A stretch of DNA of 32,000 nt from Candidatus Methylomirabilis oxygeniifera (lineage in GTDB: Bacteria > Methylomirabilota > Methylomirabilia > Methylomirabilales > Methylomirabilaceae), in NCBI GenBank assembly GCA_000091165.1, contig FP565575.1, forward strand, positions 2,610,001-2,642,000, given 5' to 3'. Shown here in pieces: positions 8,617-16,063 of the stretch; within the stretch, counting starts at the first letter, position 1; every line of letters begins with the position of its first letter. The notes beneath the pieces are model-generated. The model ran no database searches. It saw nothing but the letters and a program-made list of their open reading frames with translations, and had not been told where the DNA came from. A program made the translations under genes and the position numbers.

Positions 8617-9048
8617 TTACGTCTTCAGCCGAGTTGCCTTCCGAGGGTCCACCCGGATGATCCCTTCGATGACATCAAAGTGGCTGTCGACACTGATAAT
8701 GTGCTTCAGGCCATGGTTCAGCGCAGTGGCCGCATGGACCGCATCCCGGCTTGTTATCATAGCCCTATAGCGCGCGACGAGGTCGAAAGCGCGCTGCATG
8801 TCCGCAAGGGTGACCGGGAGGATCTCGCCACCGACTTGGTCTACGGCCAACCGAGCTAAGTGAAGACCTCTTTCCCCCTCCTCGATGGCACGATACCGAT
8901 AGAGGATTTCCTGGAGCACCTCTGCGTTGGTCAGGGCCTCCAGCTCATCGAGGGCTACTCGTCTGAGAATCGCGACGCACGGCCCCTTCATGGGATGCTC
9001 TCGACCGGCCGCGTACATGAAGATGTTGGTGTCCAGGAACGATTTCAC
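8617..9048 (-). CDS. vapC: PIN-domain ribonuclease toxin VapC
   Basis: The GTG start at 9048 overlaps the antitoxin stop (GTGA). The PIN acidic residues sit in FLDTNIF, EVLQEI, SRDAVHA and SVDSHFD. Confidence 0.8.
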   Translation of the reverse strand: MKSFLDTNIFMYAAGREHPMKGPCVAILRRVALDELEALTNAEVLQEILYRYRAIEEGERGLHLARLAVDQVGGEILPVTLADMQRAFDLVARYRAMITSRDAVHAATALNHGLKHIISVDSHFDVIEGIIRVDPRKATRLKT

Positions 9049-9332
9049 GGCCTCTTCCGGCTCCCTGCCTGTGCGGCGGGCAGCTCGGCGGTATGCTCAC
9101 GCTCGATCTCGTCCTCCATCTCCGGCCACTCGGCCACGGGGAGCGACATGGCGGCGATCTCCTCGAAGGCCTTCCGCTTGGCTGCCTGGCGGGCCTCTAT
9201 GAGCAGCTTGTCCACGACCGCCTCCCGCAGCAGGACACTGAGCGGCTTCCCGCGAGCCTTTACCAGCTTAAGAAGCGCTCGGTGCTGCTCATCAGTCAAG
9301 AGGATCTGAACTTTCTGGGTCAGGGTGGTCAT
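9045..9332 (-). CDS. vapB: VapB-type antitoxin (ribbon-helix-helix-like N-terminus)
   Basis: 95 aa, 4-bp overlap with vapC. The N-terminus KVQILLTDEQHRALLKLVKARGKPLSVLLREAV fits an RHH/CopG-like fold, and the C-terminus is acidic. Perfect palindromes lie upstream. Confidence 0.65.
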   Translation of the reverse strand: MTTLTQKVQILLTDEQHRALLKLVKARGKPLSVLLREAVVDKLLIEARQAAKRKAFEEIAAMSLPVAEWPEMEDEIEREHTAELPAAQAGSRKRP

Positions 9333-9348
9333 CCGCTCAAGTTCCTCC

Positions 9349-9365
9349 AGTGTATTTCATACACT
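9349..9365. promoter_or_regulatory. perfect 7-bp inverted repeat AGTGTAT-TTC-ATACACT immediately upstream of the vapB RBS; candidate VapBC operator
   Basis: Read directly at 9349-9365. The related half-sites GAGTGT (9391-9396) and ACACTC (9419-9424) form a second inverted pair further upstream. Confidence 0.4.
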
Positions 9366-9428
9366 CTAATCGATAATACCTCACAGCGCTGAGTGTGTCC
9401 AGGAAAAGCGTGAGCGTGACACTCCGGA

Positions 9429-10190
9429 TCAGGCGCTTTCTAAGGATTCGCGCTCCTGAAAATAGCGCTCGACGCGAGCGAGATCCTCTTCGGTGTCTAC
9501 CCCTATGGTGTCGTACGGGGTCTCGACGACAGAGATCGGTATGCCATGCTCCAGGAACCGAAGCTGTTCAAGCTTCTCTGTCTGTTCCAACAGTGACGGC
9601 AGAAGCTGGTGGAAGCGTTGAAGCGCGGGTCCGGTATACGCATAGATGCCCAGGTGTTTGAAGTAGCCAATCTCAGCGATCCGGTCCCGGTTGTAGGGGA
9701 TGGCATGGCGAGAGAAATAGAGCGCTCTTCCGTCGAGATCCGTTACGACCTTGACGCAGTTGGGGTTGTGCGCCTCCTCCGCCGTGATAAGGGTTTTTAC
9801 CGTACCGACCTGGACAGAAGGATCTTTCAGGAATGACTGCAAGAGGACCTCAAGGTGCGCAGGCCTGATCATCGGCTCATCACCCTGGATATTGACATAG
9901 ATATCGGCCGATAATGTCTGCATGACCTCGTGAATCCTGTCGGTCCCGGATGCATGGCAACTCGAGGTCATACGGACCTTCATCCGATTTCCGACACAGT
10001 AGTCATATACCTCCTTCGAATCGGTCGCAACCACCAGGTCATCCAACAACCCGCATCGGCTCGCGCGCGCAAAGACGTGATAGAGCATCGGCCGGCCACA
10101 GATCGGCCGAAGGACTTTACCCGGCAGCCTCGTCGAGGCTAGCCGCGCCGGGATAACGCCGACAATCGTTCTCTTTGCGTGATGCTGCAT
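9429..10190 (-). CDS. kdsB: 3-deoxy-manno-octulosonate cytidylyltransferase (CMP-KDO synthetase)
   Basis: IVGVIPARLASTRLPGKVL, GTDRI and NIQGDEPMI are the characteristic KdsB N-terminal and catalytic motifs. 253 aa, ATG at 10190. Confidence 0.9.
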   Translation of the reverse strand: MQHHAKRTIVGVIPARLASTRLPGKVLRPICGRPMLYHVFARASRCGLLDDLVVATDSKEVYDYCVGNRMKVRMTSSCHASGTDRIHEVMQTLSADIYVNIQGDEPMIRPAHLEVLLQSFLKDPSVQVGTVKTLITAEEAHNPNCVKVVTDLDGRALYFSRHAIPYNRDRIAEIGYFKHLGIYAYTGPALQRFHQLLPSLLEQTEKLEQLRFLEHGIPISVVETPYDTIGVDTEEDLARVERYFQERESLESA

Positions 10191-10210
10191 CGTGTCCTGG
10201 CTGCCACCCG

Positions 10211-10519
10211 CTATGATTTTTTCTCCGATACCTGGATAACCTCGTGCATCTCGAAGACGCTTCGACCTGCGAACATCTCCTTAGGCGCCGGGTTGGCGTG
10301 GGCCTGCTTGAACGATTCGCTCTGCATCCAGGCCTCGAATGCCGCCTCGCTCTCCCAATAGGTTAGGACCACGTAGCAATCACCCTGAAGAGGCCGGAGG
10401 ACCTCGTTTCGGATGAATCCCGGCATTCGGTCAACCGCTCCAAGGCGCCGTTCGAACCGCTTCTCAAACTCCTGCTCGTATCCCTTCGTAATCGATACCC
10501 TGTTGGCCGTGACGATCAT
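10211..10519 (-). CDS. IsdG/HmoA-type heme-degrading monooxygenase (ABM domain)
   Basis: ATG at 10519 with an AAAGGGGGG RBS. ANRVSITKG and TYWESEAAFEAWMQSESFKQAH parallel S. aureus IsdG ENRLTLTKG and [22 protein letters not shown]. The Asn/Trp/His catalytic triad positions are conserved. Confidence 0.7.
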   Translation of the reverse strand: MIVTANRVSITKGYEQEFEKRFERRLGAVDRMPGFIRNEVLRPLQGDCYVVLTYWESEAAFEAWMQSESFKQAHANPAPKEMFAGRSVFEMHEVIQVSEKKS

Positions 10520-10656
10520 GGCGTCCCCCCTTTCACGACAACTCACCCTCGTTCGGCCGAATGATCAGCATCATAACTTGCTGCGGATGGGTCGTCAACG
10601 TGTCCCTCTTGGACCCAGAAACAGGACAAGAAATCCTTACCCTAGAAACCTTCGCG

Positions 10657-10774
10657 CGTCATTGCGAGCGACCAACGGGAGCGTGGCAATCTCAATGTTC
10701 CATCCTCCCTCGCGAGTTGCAGAAGGCGAAGATAAAAAACGGTTGGATTGCTTCGCCTGCGGTTCGCAATGACG
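10657..10774. repeat. 118-bp element bounded by a perfect 10-bp terminal inverted repeat CGTCATTGCG / CGCAATGACG; each end carries an ATTGC...GCAAT hairpin
   Basis: cgtcattgcgagcgaccaacgggagcgtggcaatc (10657-10691) and ggattgcttcgcctgcggttcgcaatgacgg (10745-10775) are inverted relative to each other. The element lies in the intergenic region between the ABM gene and add. Confidence 0.8.
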
Positions 10775-10789
10775 GATAGATGCGATCTC

Positions 10790-11818
10790 TTAGCCGGGAT
10801 GCGCTTGCATGAAGCGGTCAAGTTCAGTAATGAAGCGTCGTTTCTCATCGGCGCGCAAGAAGCTCGCCTCGAAGGCGTTCCTTGCGAGCGCATAGATATC
10901 ATGCCGGGTCAGCCCAAGAGCCTTCTGCGAAGCCAGGAGATTTTCGGTGATATAGCCGCCGAAGTAGGCGGGATCGTCGGAATTCACGGTCACGCACAGC
11001 CCGAGATCGAGCAGCTTCTTGAGATTATGATTCTCCAGCGACTTGAAGACGCAGAGCTTGACGTTTGAAAGGGGACAGACGGTGAGAGGAATCCTTTCCC
11101 TGGCCAGTCGTTGAATTAGCGCTGGATCCTCAAGGCACCGGACGCCATGGTCTAACCGCGACACGTGGAGCAGGTCGAGTGCCTGCCGGATATAGTCCGG
11201 GGGACCCTCTTCCCCCGCGTGGGCGACGGTCAAATACCCCTCCGCTCTGGCCCGTTCAAACACCTCAACAAACTTGTTGGGGGGATGATTCAGCTCTGAG
11301 GAGTCTAATCCGACAGCCACAATCCAGTTTTTGAACCGGAGCGACGCCTCGAGCGTCAGCATCGCCGTATCCGCCTCCAGGTGGCGGAGAAAGCACATAA
11401 TCAGCCTTGATGAAATGCCGAGTTGCGGGATGGCCTCTTCGAGAGCACGATGGATACCCCTGATCACCGTGTCAAATGGGACGCCCCGATCGGTGTGGGC
11501 CTGAGGATCAAAGAAGATTTCCGTGTGACGAACATGCTGCTGCGCGGCACGCTCAAGGTAGGCCCAGGTCAGATCGAAGAAATCCTGCTCATGAAGAAGC
11601 ACCTCGACCCCTTCGTAATAAATATCCAAAAAAGACTGGAGGTTGTGAAAGCGGTAGGCTCGGCGAAGCTCCTCGACCGTGGCAAATCGAAGAGCCAGGT
11701 GATTGCGCCTGGCCAATTCATGCAGCAGCTCGGGTTCCAATGTGCCCTCAATATGCACATGCAGCTCTGCTTTCGGAAGATCGCGAATGAGTTGTTCCAG
11801 GTCATTAGTGTGGCTCAT
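10790..11818 (-). CDS. add: adenosine/adenine deaminase (amidohydrolase superfamily)
   Basis: [19 protein letters not shown] (HxH metal ligands), TVAHAGEEG and [13 protein letters not shown]. 342 aa. Confidence 0.9.
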   Translation of the reverse strand: MSHTNDLEQLIRDLPKAELHVHIEGTLEPELLHELARRNHLALRFATVEELRRAYRFHNLQSFLDIYYEGVEVLLHEQDFFDLTWAYLERAAQQHVRHTEIFFDPQAHTDRGVPFDTVIRGIHRALEEAIPQLGISSRLIMCFLRHLEADTAMLTLEASLRFKNWIVAVGLDSSELNHPPNKFVEVFERARAEGYLTVAHAGEEGPPDYIRQALDLLHVSRLDHGVRCLEDPALIQRLARERIPLTVCPLSNVKLCVFKSLENHNLKKLLDLGLCVTVNSDDPAYFGGYITENLLASQKALGLTRHDIYALARNAFEASFLRADEKRRFITELDRFMQAHPG

Positions 11819-11840
11819 AAATTCGGCTCTTGTTTCGTGA

Positions 11841-11930
11841 CGTCATTCCGGCCACGTCCGCGATAGCGGGCACGAGCCGGAATCCAGGAAATGCGAAGAG
11901 TTCTGGATTCCTGCTTTCGCGGAGATGACG
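11841..11930. repeat. CGTCATT-family multi-hairpin intergenic element, copy 2 (termini CGTCAT...ATGACG)
   Basis: cgtcattccggcc...ggccggaatccag...ttctggattcctgctttcgcggagatgacg. Nested stems are ATTCCGGC/GCCGGAAT and ATCCAG/CTGGAT. Confidence 0.8.
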
Positions 11931-12092
11931 ATAAGAATGGATCTCCCCACGCAACAAGGATACATCACTGATCGCCTGTGTCTAGATTTTTTGAAGTGAA
12001 TGAACCCTTGCCCACTTCTGAGGTGTGGACGTATAATTCGCCAAGCCTATCATTGTCCCAGGGATCTGATAGCGGATCAGGGGGAGGTTCTG

Positions 12093-13409
12093 ATGCCGAC
12101 GATTGTTGCTGCATCTCAGCTTGCGCGGATGGTCACTGACGCTCACGAGCGAACTCTCGGACTGGTTCAAGATCTGGCGGATACCCAACTGGTTGTTCCC
12201 CAAACGGAGATCGTCAATCCTTTCCTCTGGGAGCTTGGGCATACCGCCTTTTTTTATGATGTCTTTCTCCTGCGAACTCTCGGCGCCACCACGTTCCTTC
12301 TGGAAGGGGCGGAGAATGTCTACGACTCGTTCAAGATCGATCACTGCGACCGCTGGGGTCTGCCCCTGCCTTCGAGGGAGCACACCCTTGATTATAAGAA
12401 CAGGGTGCTGGAGTCGGCCCTGAAGCATCTCGGTTCCCACCAGCCCGGCGCTGAAGAGACCTACCTGTATCTCCTCTCCGTGCTGCACGAAGACATGCAC
12501 GGGGAGGCCTTCACCTACATGAGGCAGACCCTGGAGTATCCCGCCCCGGAACTCAGTCTCACTGGGAATGGGTCGAGCCCTCGCGAGATTGGTGGTGGCC
12601 CGTTGCCGGGCGACGTCGAGATTCCGGGAGGGATGTTTCAATTGGGCGCCACGCCTGATCTGCCCTTCGTATTCGACAATGAGAAATGGGCGCATCCCGT
12701 GGAGATCGCCCCGTTCAGGATTGCCAGGGCACCGGTGACCAACAGCGAATTCGATGAGTTTGTCGGGGATCAGGGCTACTTGCGGCGTGAGTTGTGGAGC
12801 CAACAAGGATGGATTTGGCGCACAAAAACGGGAGCGCAACGCCCGCTCTATTGGCATCGCGGGCCGAACGGCTGGCTACGCCGACATTTCGACCGGCTTG
12901 TTTCACTTGAAGCGCATGCCCCCATCCTTCACGTGAACTGGTACGAGGCGGAGGCGTACTGCCGGTGGGCAGGCAGAAGGCTTCCCACAGAGGCGGAGTG
13001 GGAAATGGCCGCCAGTGCAGAGCCCACCCCTGACGGCACACGCATCATCGGGCACAAGCGACGCTACCCCTGGGGAGATGGGCCGCCTTCTCCTGAGCAC
13101 GCCAATCTGGATTCAACTATGTCGGGCTATGTCGATGTGGGCGCGTTTGCAGCCGGTGACAGCGCCTTCGGCTGTCGCCAGATGATCGGCAATATCTGGG
13201 AATGGACCGCGTCCCCCTTCTTTTCATTCCCCGGATTTACGGTCGATTCACCGTACAAAGAGTATTCGGCGCCCTGGTTTGGCTATCGCAAGGTCTTAAA
13301 GGGAGGGGCGTGGGCTACCCGATCGCGTCTGGTCCGCAACACTTTTCGTAACTTTTTTTTGCCGGACCGACGTGATGTCTTTGCAGGATTCCGCACCTGC
13401 GCCCTGTGA
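12093..13409 (+). CDS. EgtB/OvoA-like sulfoxide synthase (DinB_2 + FGE-sulfatase/SUMF1 domains, non-heme iron)
   Basis: ATG at 12093 preceded by a GGGGGAGG RBS. NPFLWELGHTAFF and LLSVLHEDMHGEAF give the 3-His site (H...HxxxH). The C-terminal FGE-type domain shows HVNWYEAEAYCRWAGRRLPTEAEWE, GNIWEWT and KVLKGGAWAT. Confidence 0.75.
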   Translation: MPTIVAASQLARMVTDAHERTLGLVQDLADTQLVVPQTEIVNPFLWELGHTAFFYDVFLLRTLGATTFLLEGAENVYDSFKIDHCDRWGLPLPSREHTLDYKNRVLESALKHLGSHQPGAEETYLYLLSVLHEDMHGEAFTYMRQTLEYPAPELSLTGNGSSPREIGGGPLPGDVEIPGGMFQLGATPDLPFVFDNEKWAHPVEIAPFRIARAPVTNSEFDEFVGDQGYLRRELWSQQGWIWRTKTGAQRPLYWHRGPNGWLRRHFDRLVSLEAHAPILHVNWYEAEAYCRWAGRRLPTEAEWEMAASAEPTPDGTRIIGHKRRYPWGDGPPSPEHANLDSTMSGYVDVGAFAAGDSAFGCRQMIGNIWEWTASPFFSFPGFTVDSPYKEYSAPWFGYRKVLKGGAWATRSRLVRNTFRNFFLPDRRDVFAGFRTCAL

Positions 13410-13410
13410 T

Positions 13411-13491
13411 AGTTGAGTCGATTGAGTCGTCGAGTCTATTGGGTCTGTTGAGTTCACTCAATGAGCTCCACCAACTCAATACACTCAATGA
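13411..13491. repeat. 81-bp imperfect palindrome made of about five tandem 9-mers (TTGAGTCG-type) facing about four tandem 9-mers (ACTCAAT-type)
   Basis: gttgagtcg|attgagtcg|tcgagtcta|ttgggtctg|ttgagttc // cactcaatg|agctccacc|aactcaata|cactcaatg. It starts 2 nt after the stop of the sulfoxide-synthase gene. Confidence 0.8.
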
Positions 13492-13515
13492 CCTAGTAGC
13501 ACGGAAGAAACCAGC

Positions 13516-14715
13516 ATGGACTTCAGCCTGACTCCGGAACATGAGGCCGTCCGCAACGCCACGCGGGAGTTCTGTCGCCGCGAGATCGGCCCGCATCTGC
13601 GCGACTGGGAACGGGCCGAGCAGATCCCCGCCGACCTCGTCTCCAAGATAGCCGCACAGGGCTTGCTGGGGCTTTGCATCCCGCGTCGCTATGGCGGATT
13701 GGGCTTGGATTACCTGAGTCTGGGTATCGTCAGTGAAGAGTTGGAGCGCGCCGATACCGCGTTTCGCGTCCTTATCGCTGTCCATCTTGGCCTCAACTCG
13801 CTGGCACTGTTCCAGTGGGGAAGCGAAGAGCAGAAGCAACGATACCTTGTCCCGCAGGCGCGCGGCGAGAAGCTGGCGGCGTTCGCCCTGACCGAACCGG
13901 ACGCCGGAAGCGATGTCGCGGGCATCCGCGCGACCGCCCGGCGCGACGGCGGAAGCTACATCCTCAACGGCGAGAAGACCTGGATCAGCCTGGCCGACGT
14001 CGCCGACCATTTCCTGGTCTTTGCGTACACTGATCGTTCAGCCGGAGCGCGCGGTATCTCGGCGTTTATCGTCGAGCGCGGCTTTGAGGGAGTCAGCAGT
14101 TTCAGCATCCACCACAAGTTGGGCGGGCGGATCGGCAACACCGGCAGCATCGCGTTGCAGGATGCGCGCGTACCGGCCGATAACCGCATCGGCGCGGAAG
14201 GCGTAGGGCTCAAGATCGCCCTCAGCGCGCTGGACAATGGCCGCTATACAGTCGCAGCCGGCGCGGTCGGCCTGATGGAGGCATGTCTTGAGGCCAGTGT
14301 CGCGTACGCCGAGCAGCGGCAGAGCTTCGGACGCCCTATCGGGGAGCACCAACTGGTTCAGCAAAAGATCGCCCGCATGGTTGCCGGCCGCGACGTCGGA
14401 CGGCTGTTGTATTACCAGGTCGGTTGGCTGAAGAATCAAGGGATGCGCTGCACGCGGGAGGTCAGCCTGGCCAAGTGGATCAACTGTGACAACGCCTTCC
14501 GGGCCGCTGACGACGCGGTCCAGATCCATGGGGCGTATGGCTACAGCGACGAGTTCCCGGTTGAACGCTACTTCCGCAACGCCCGAGGATCACTGATCTA
14601 TGAAGGCACGCAGGAGATTCACCAGTTGATTCAGGCGGAGTATGCGCTGGGCCACCGTACCGACAAGTCCCTTTCGTGCCCCTTACCCCCTTACCCCTTT
14701 GCGGAGGACGCGTAG
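13516..14715 (+). CDS. acyl-CoA dehydrogenase
   Basis: 399 aa. LTEPDAGSD, NGEKTWISLA and QIHGAYGYSDEFPVERYFRNARGSLIYEGTQEI (catalytic Glu region). Confidence 0.9.
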   Translation: MDFSLTPEHEAVRNATREFCRREIGPHLRDWERAEQIPADLVSKIAAQGLLGLCIPRRYGGLGLDYLSLGIVSEELERADTAFRVLIAVHLGLNSLALFQWGSEEQKQRYLVPQARGEKLAAFALTEPDAGSDVAGIRATARRDGGSYILNGEKTWISLADVADHFLVFAYTDRSAGARGISAFIVERGFEGVSSFSIHHKLGGRIGNTGSIALQDARVPADNRIGAEGVGLKIALSALDNGRYTVAAGAVGLMEACLEASVAYAEQRQSFGRPIGEHQLVQQKIARMVAGRDVGRLLYYQVGWLKNQGMRCTREVSLAKWINCDNAFRAADDAVQIHGAYGYSDEFPVERYFRNARGSLIYEGTQEIHQLIQAEYALGHRTDKSLSCPLPPYPFAEDA

Positions 14716-15905
14716 TGACCGGCGCCTTGGACGGCATTCGCGTTCTCGACCTGTCGCGACATCTGGCGGGACCTTACTGCGCGATGATGTTGGGCGACCT
14801 CGGCGCAGAGGTCATCAAGATCGAGCGCCCTGGCGTCGGCGATGAGTCGCGCCACTGGGGGCCGCCGTTCTTCGGCGGGGAGTCGGCCTATTACCTGTGC
14901 TGTAACCGCAACAAGCAGAGTCTCACGCTGAACCTCAAACACGAACGCGGCGTCGCCATTGCCCGCGAACTTGCGCGACGCAGCGATGTGGTGATCGAGA
15001 ACTTTCGTGTCGGCGTCCTGGACCAACTCGGTGTGGGTTACGAGGACCTGAAGGCCATCAACCCGCGCCTGGTGTACTGCTCGATCAGCGGATTCGGATA
15101 CACCGGCCCAGACCGGGAGTTAGGGGGCTACGACTTTCTCATTCAGAGTCGCGGCGGTCTGATGTCGATCACCGGCGAGCCCGATGGTTCGCCCATGAAG
15201 GTCGGAGTGGCCATTGCGGACATGACCGCCGGCCTGTTCGCAAGCAACGCCATCCTCGCCGCGCTGTTGGCCCGCGAGCGAACGGGCGCCGGGCAGCATC
15301 TCGACATCGCGCTCTATGATTCGCAGATCGCCTGCCTGGCGAACGCGGCGAGCAACTACCTCTGCTCAGGCGAGGTGCCGGGCCGTTGGGGTAATGCGCA
15401 CGGGAGCATCGTGCCGTATGAAGCGTTTCAGGCGGCGGACGACTACCTGATCCTGGCCATCGGCAACGATGAGCAGTGGCAGCGGTTCTGCGCCGTAGCG
15501 GGCGTCGCCGCATGGGCCACGGATCCACGGTTCGCGGCCAATCCTGAGCGTGTGGCCAATCGAGCGGTGCTCGTCCCGCTGGTCCAGGGTCTGCTCCGCA
15601 GCAAGACGGTCGCCGAGTGGCTGCAACTGTGTGCTGACGCTGATGTGCCGGCCGGACCGGTCAATACGATCGACAAGGTCTTCGCGGACCCGCAGGTGGC
15701 TGCACGAGGGATGATCGTTCAGATGCCGCACCCGACGCTAGGGACCGTACGGCTGGCCGGTACGCCACTCAACCTCTCCGCAACGCCGGCGCAGATGCGC
15801 CTGTCGCCCCCGCTGCTTGGCGAGCACACCGACGCGATCCTCGCTCGTCTGCTTGCGTTGGATGAACGCGCCATTGCAGAGCTGCACCGGGATGGGGTCG
15901 TGTGA
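14715..15905 (+). CDS. CaiB/BaiF family (class III) CoA-transferase
   Basis: The GTG at 14715 overlaps the upstream TAG (taGTG), with GGAGGA upstream. LDGIRVLDLSRHLAGPYCAMMLGDLGAEVIKIERP is the family N-terminal signature. The ORF-track start at 14676 lies inside the previous gene. Confidence 0.9.
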   Translation: MTGALDGIRVLDLSRHLAGPYCAMMLGDLGAEVIKIERPGVGDESRHWGPPFFGGESAYYLCCNRNKQSLTLNLKHERGVAIARELARRSDVVIENFRVGVLDQLGVGYEDLKAINPRLVYCSISGFGYTGPDRELGGYDFLIQSRGGLMSITGEPDGSPMKVGVAIADMTAGLFASNAILAALLARERTGAGQHLDIALYDSQIACLANAASNYLCSGEVPGRWGNAHGSIVPYEAFQAADDYLILAIGNDEQWQRFCAVAGVAAWATDPRFAANPERVANRAVLVPLVQGLLRSKTVAEWLQLCADADVPAGPVNTIDKVFADPQVAARGMIVQMPHPTLGTVRLAGTPLNLSATPAQMRLSPPLLGEHTDAILARLLALDERAIAELHRDGVV

Positions 15906-16063
15906 GGGGAATCGATAGATGATCGTTTTGCATTCCGGAGTCAATGACGGTCGAGTCCTTCTCTGGGGCGAAACGCTTGCACAATCGGAGACTGTTCTTC
16001 CCGGTAGGCGGTGCGGCCGAAAGCCGGAGGTCTCCTACCCCCTCATCGCGGAGTGTATCTGAC

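Noticed and set aside
11982-12857. 291-aa minus-strand ORF
   Set aside because: It is entirely antisense to the motif-rich EgtB-like gene. It is Arg/Pro/Gly-rich with no recognisable motifs, which is a typical shadow ORF in GC-rich coding DNA.
13411-13491. Possible CRISPR array
   Set aside because: The units are only 9 nt, degenerate, without spacers, and arranged as a palindrome. No cas genes are present. No other CRISPR-like array was seen in the window.
13315-14010. 231-aa minus-strand ORF
   Set aside because: It overlaps the 9-mer palindrome and the acyl-CoA dehydrogenase gene in antisense, and it has no motifs.
15987-16039. Hairpins between the convergent CoA-transferase and GlcF-like genes as a bidirectional terminator
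   Set aside because: The stems (GGAGAC/GTCTCC, GGTAGG/CCTACC, CGGC/GCCG) compete with each other and lack flanking U/A tracts. That is too weak to call.
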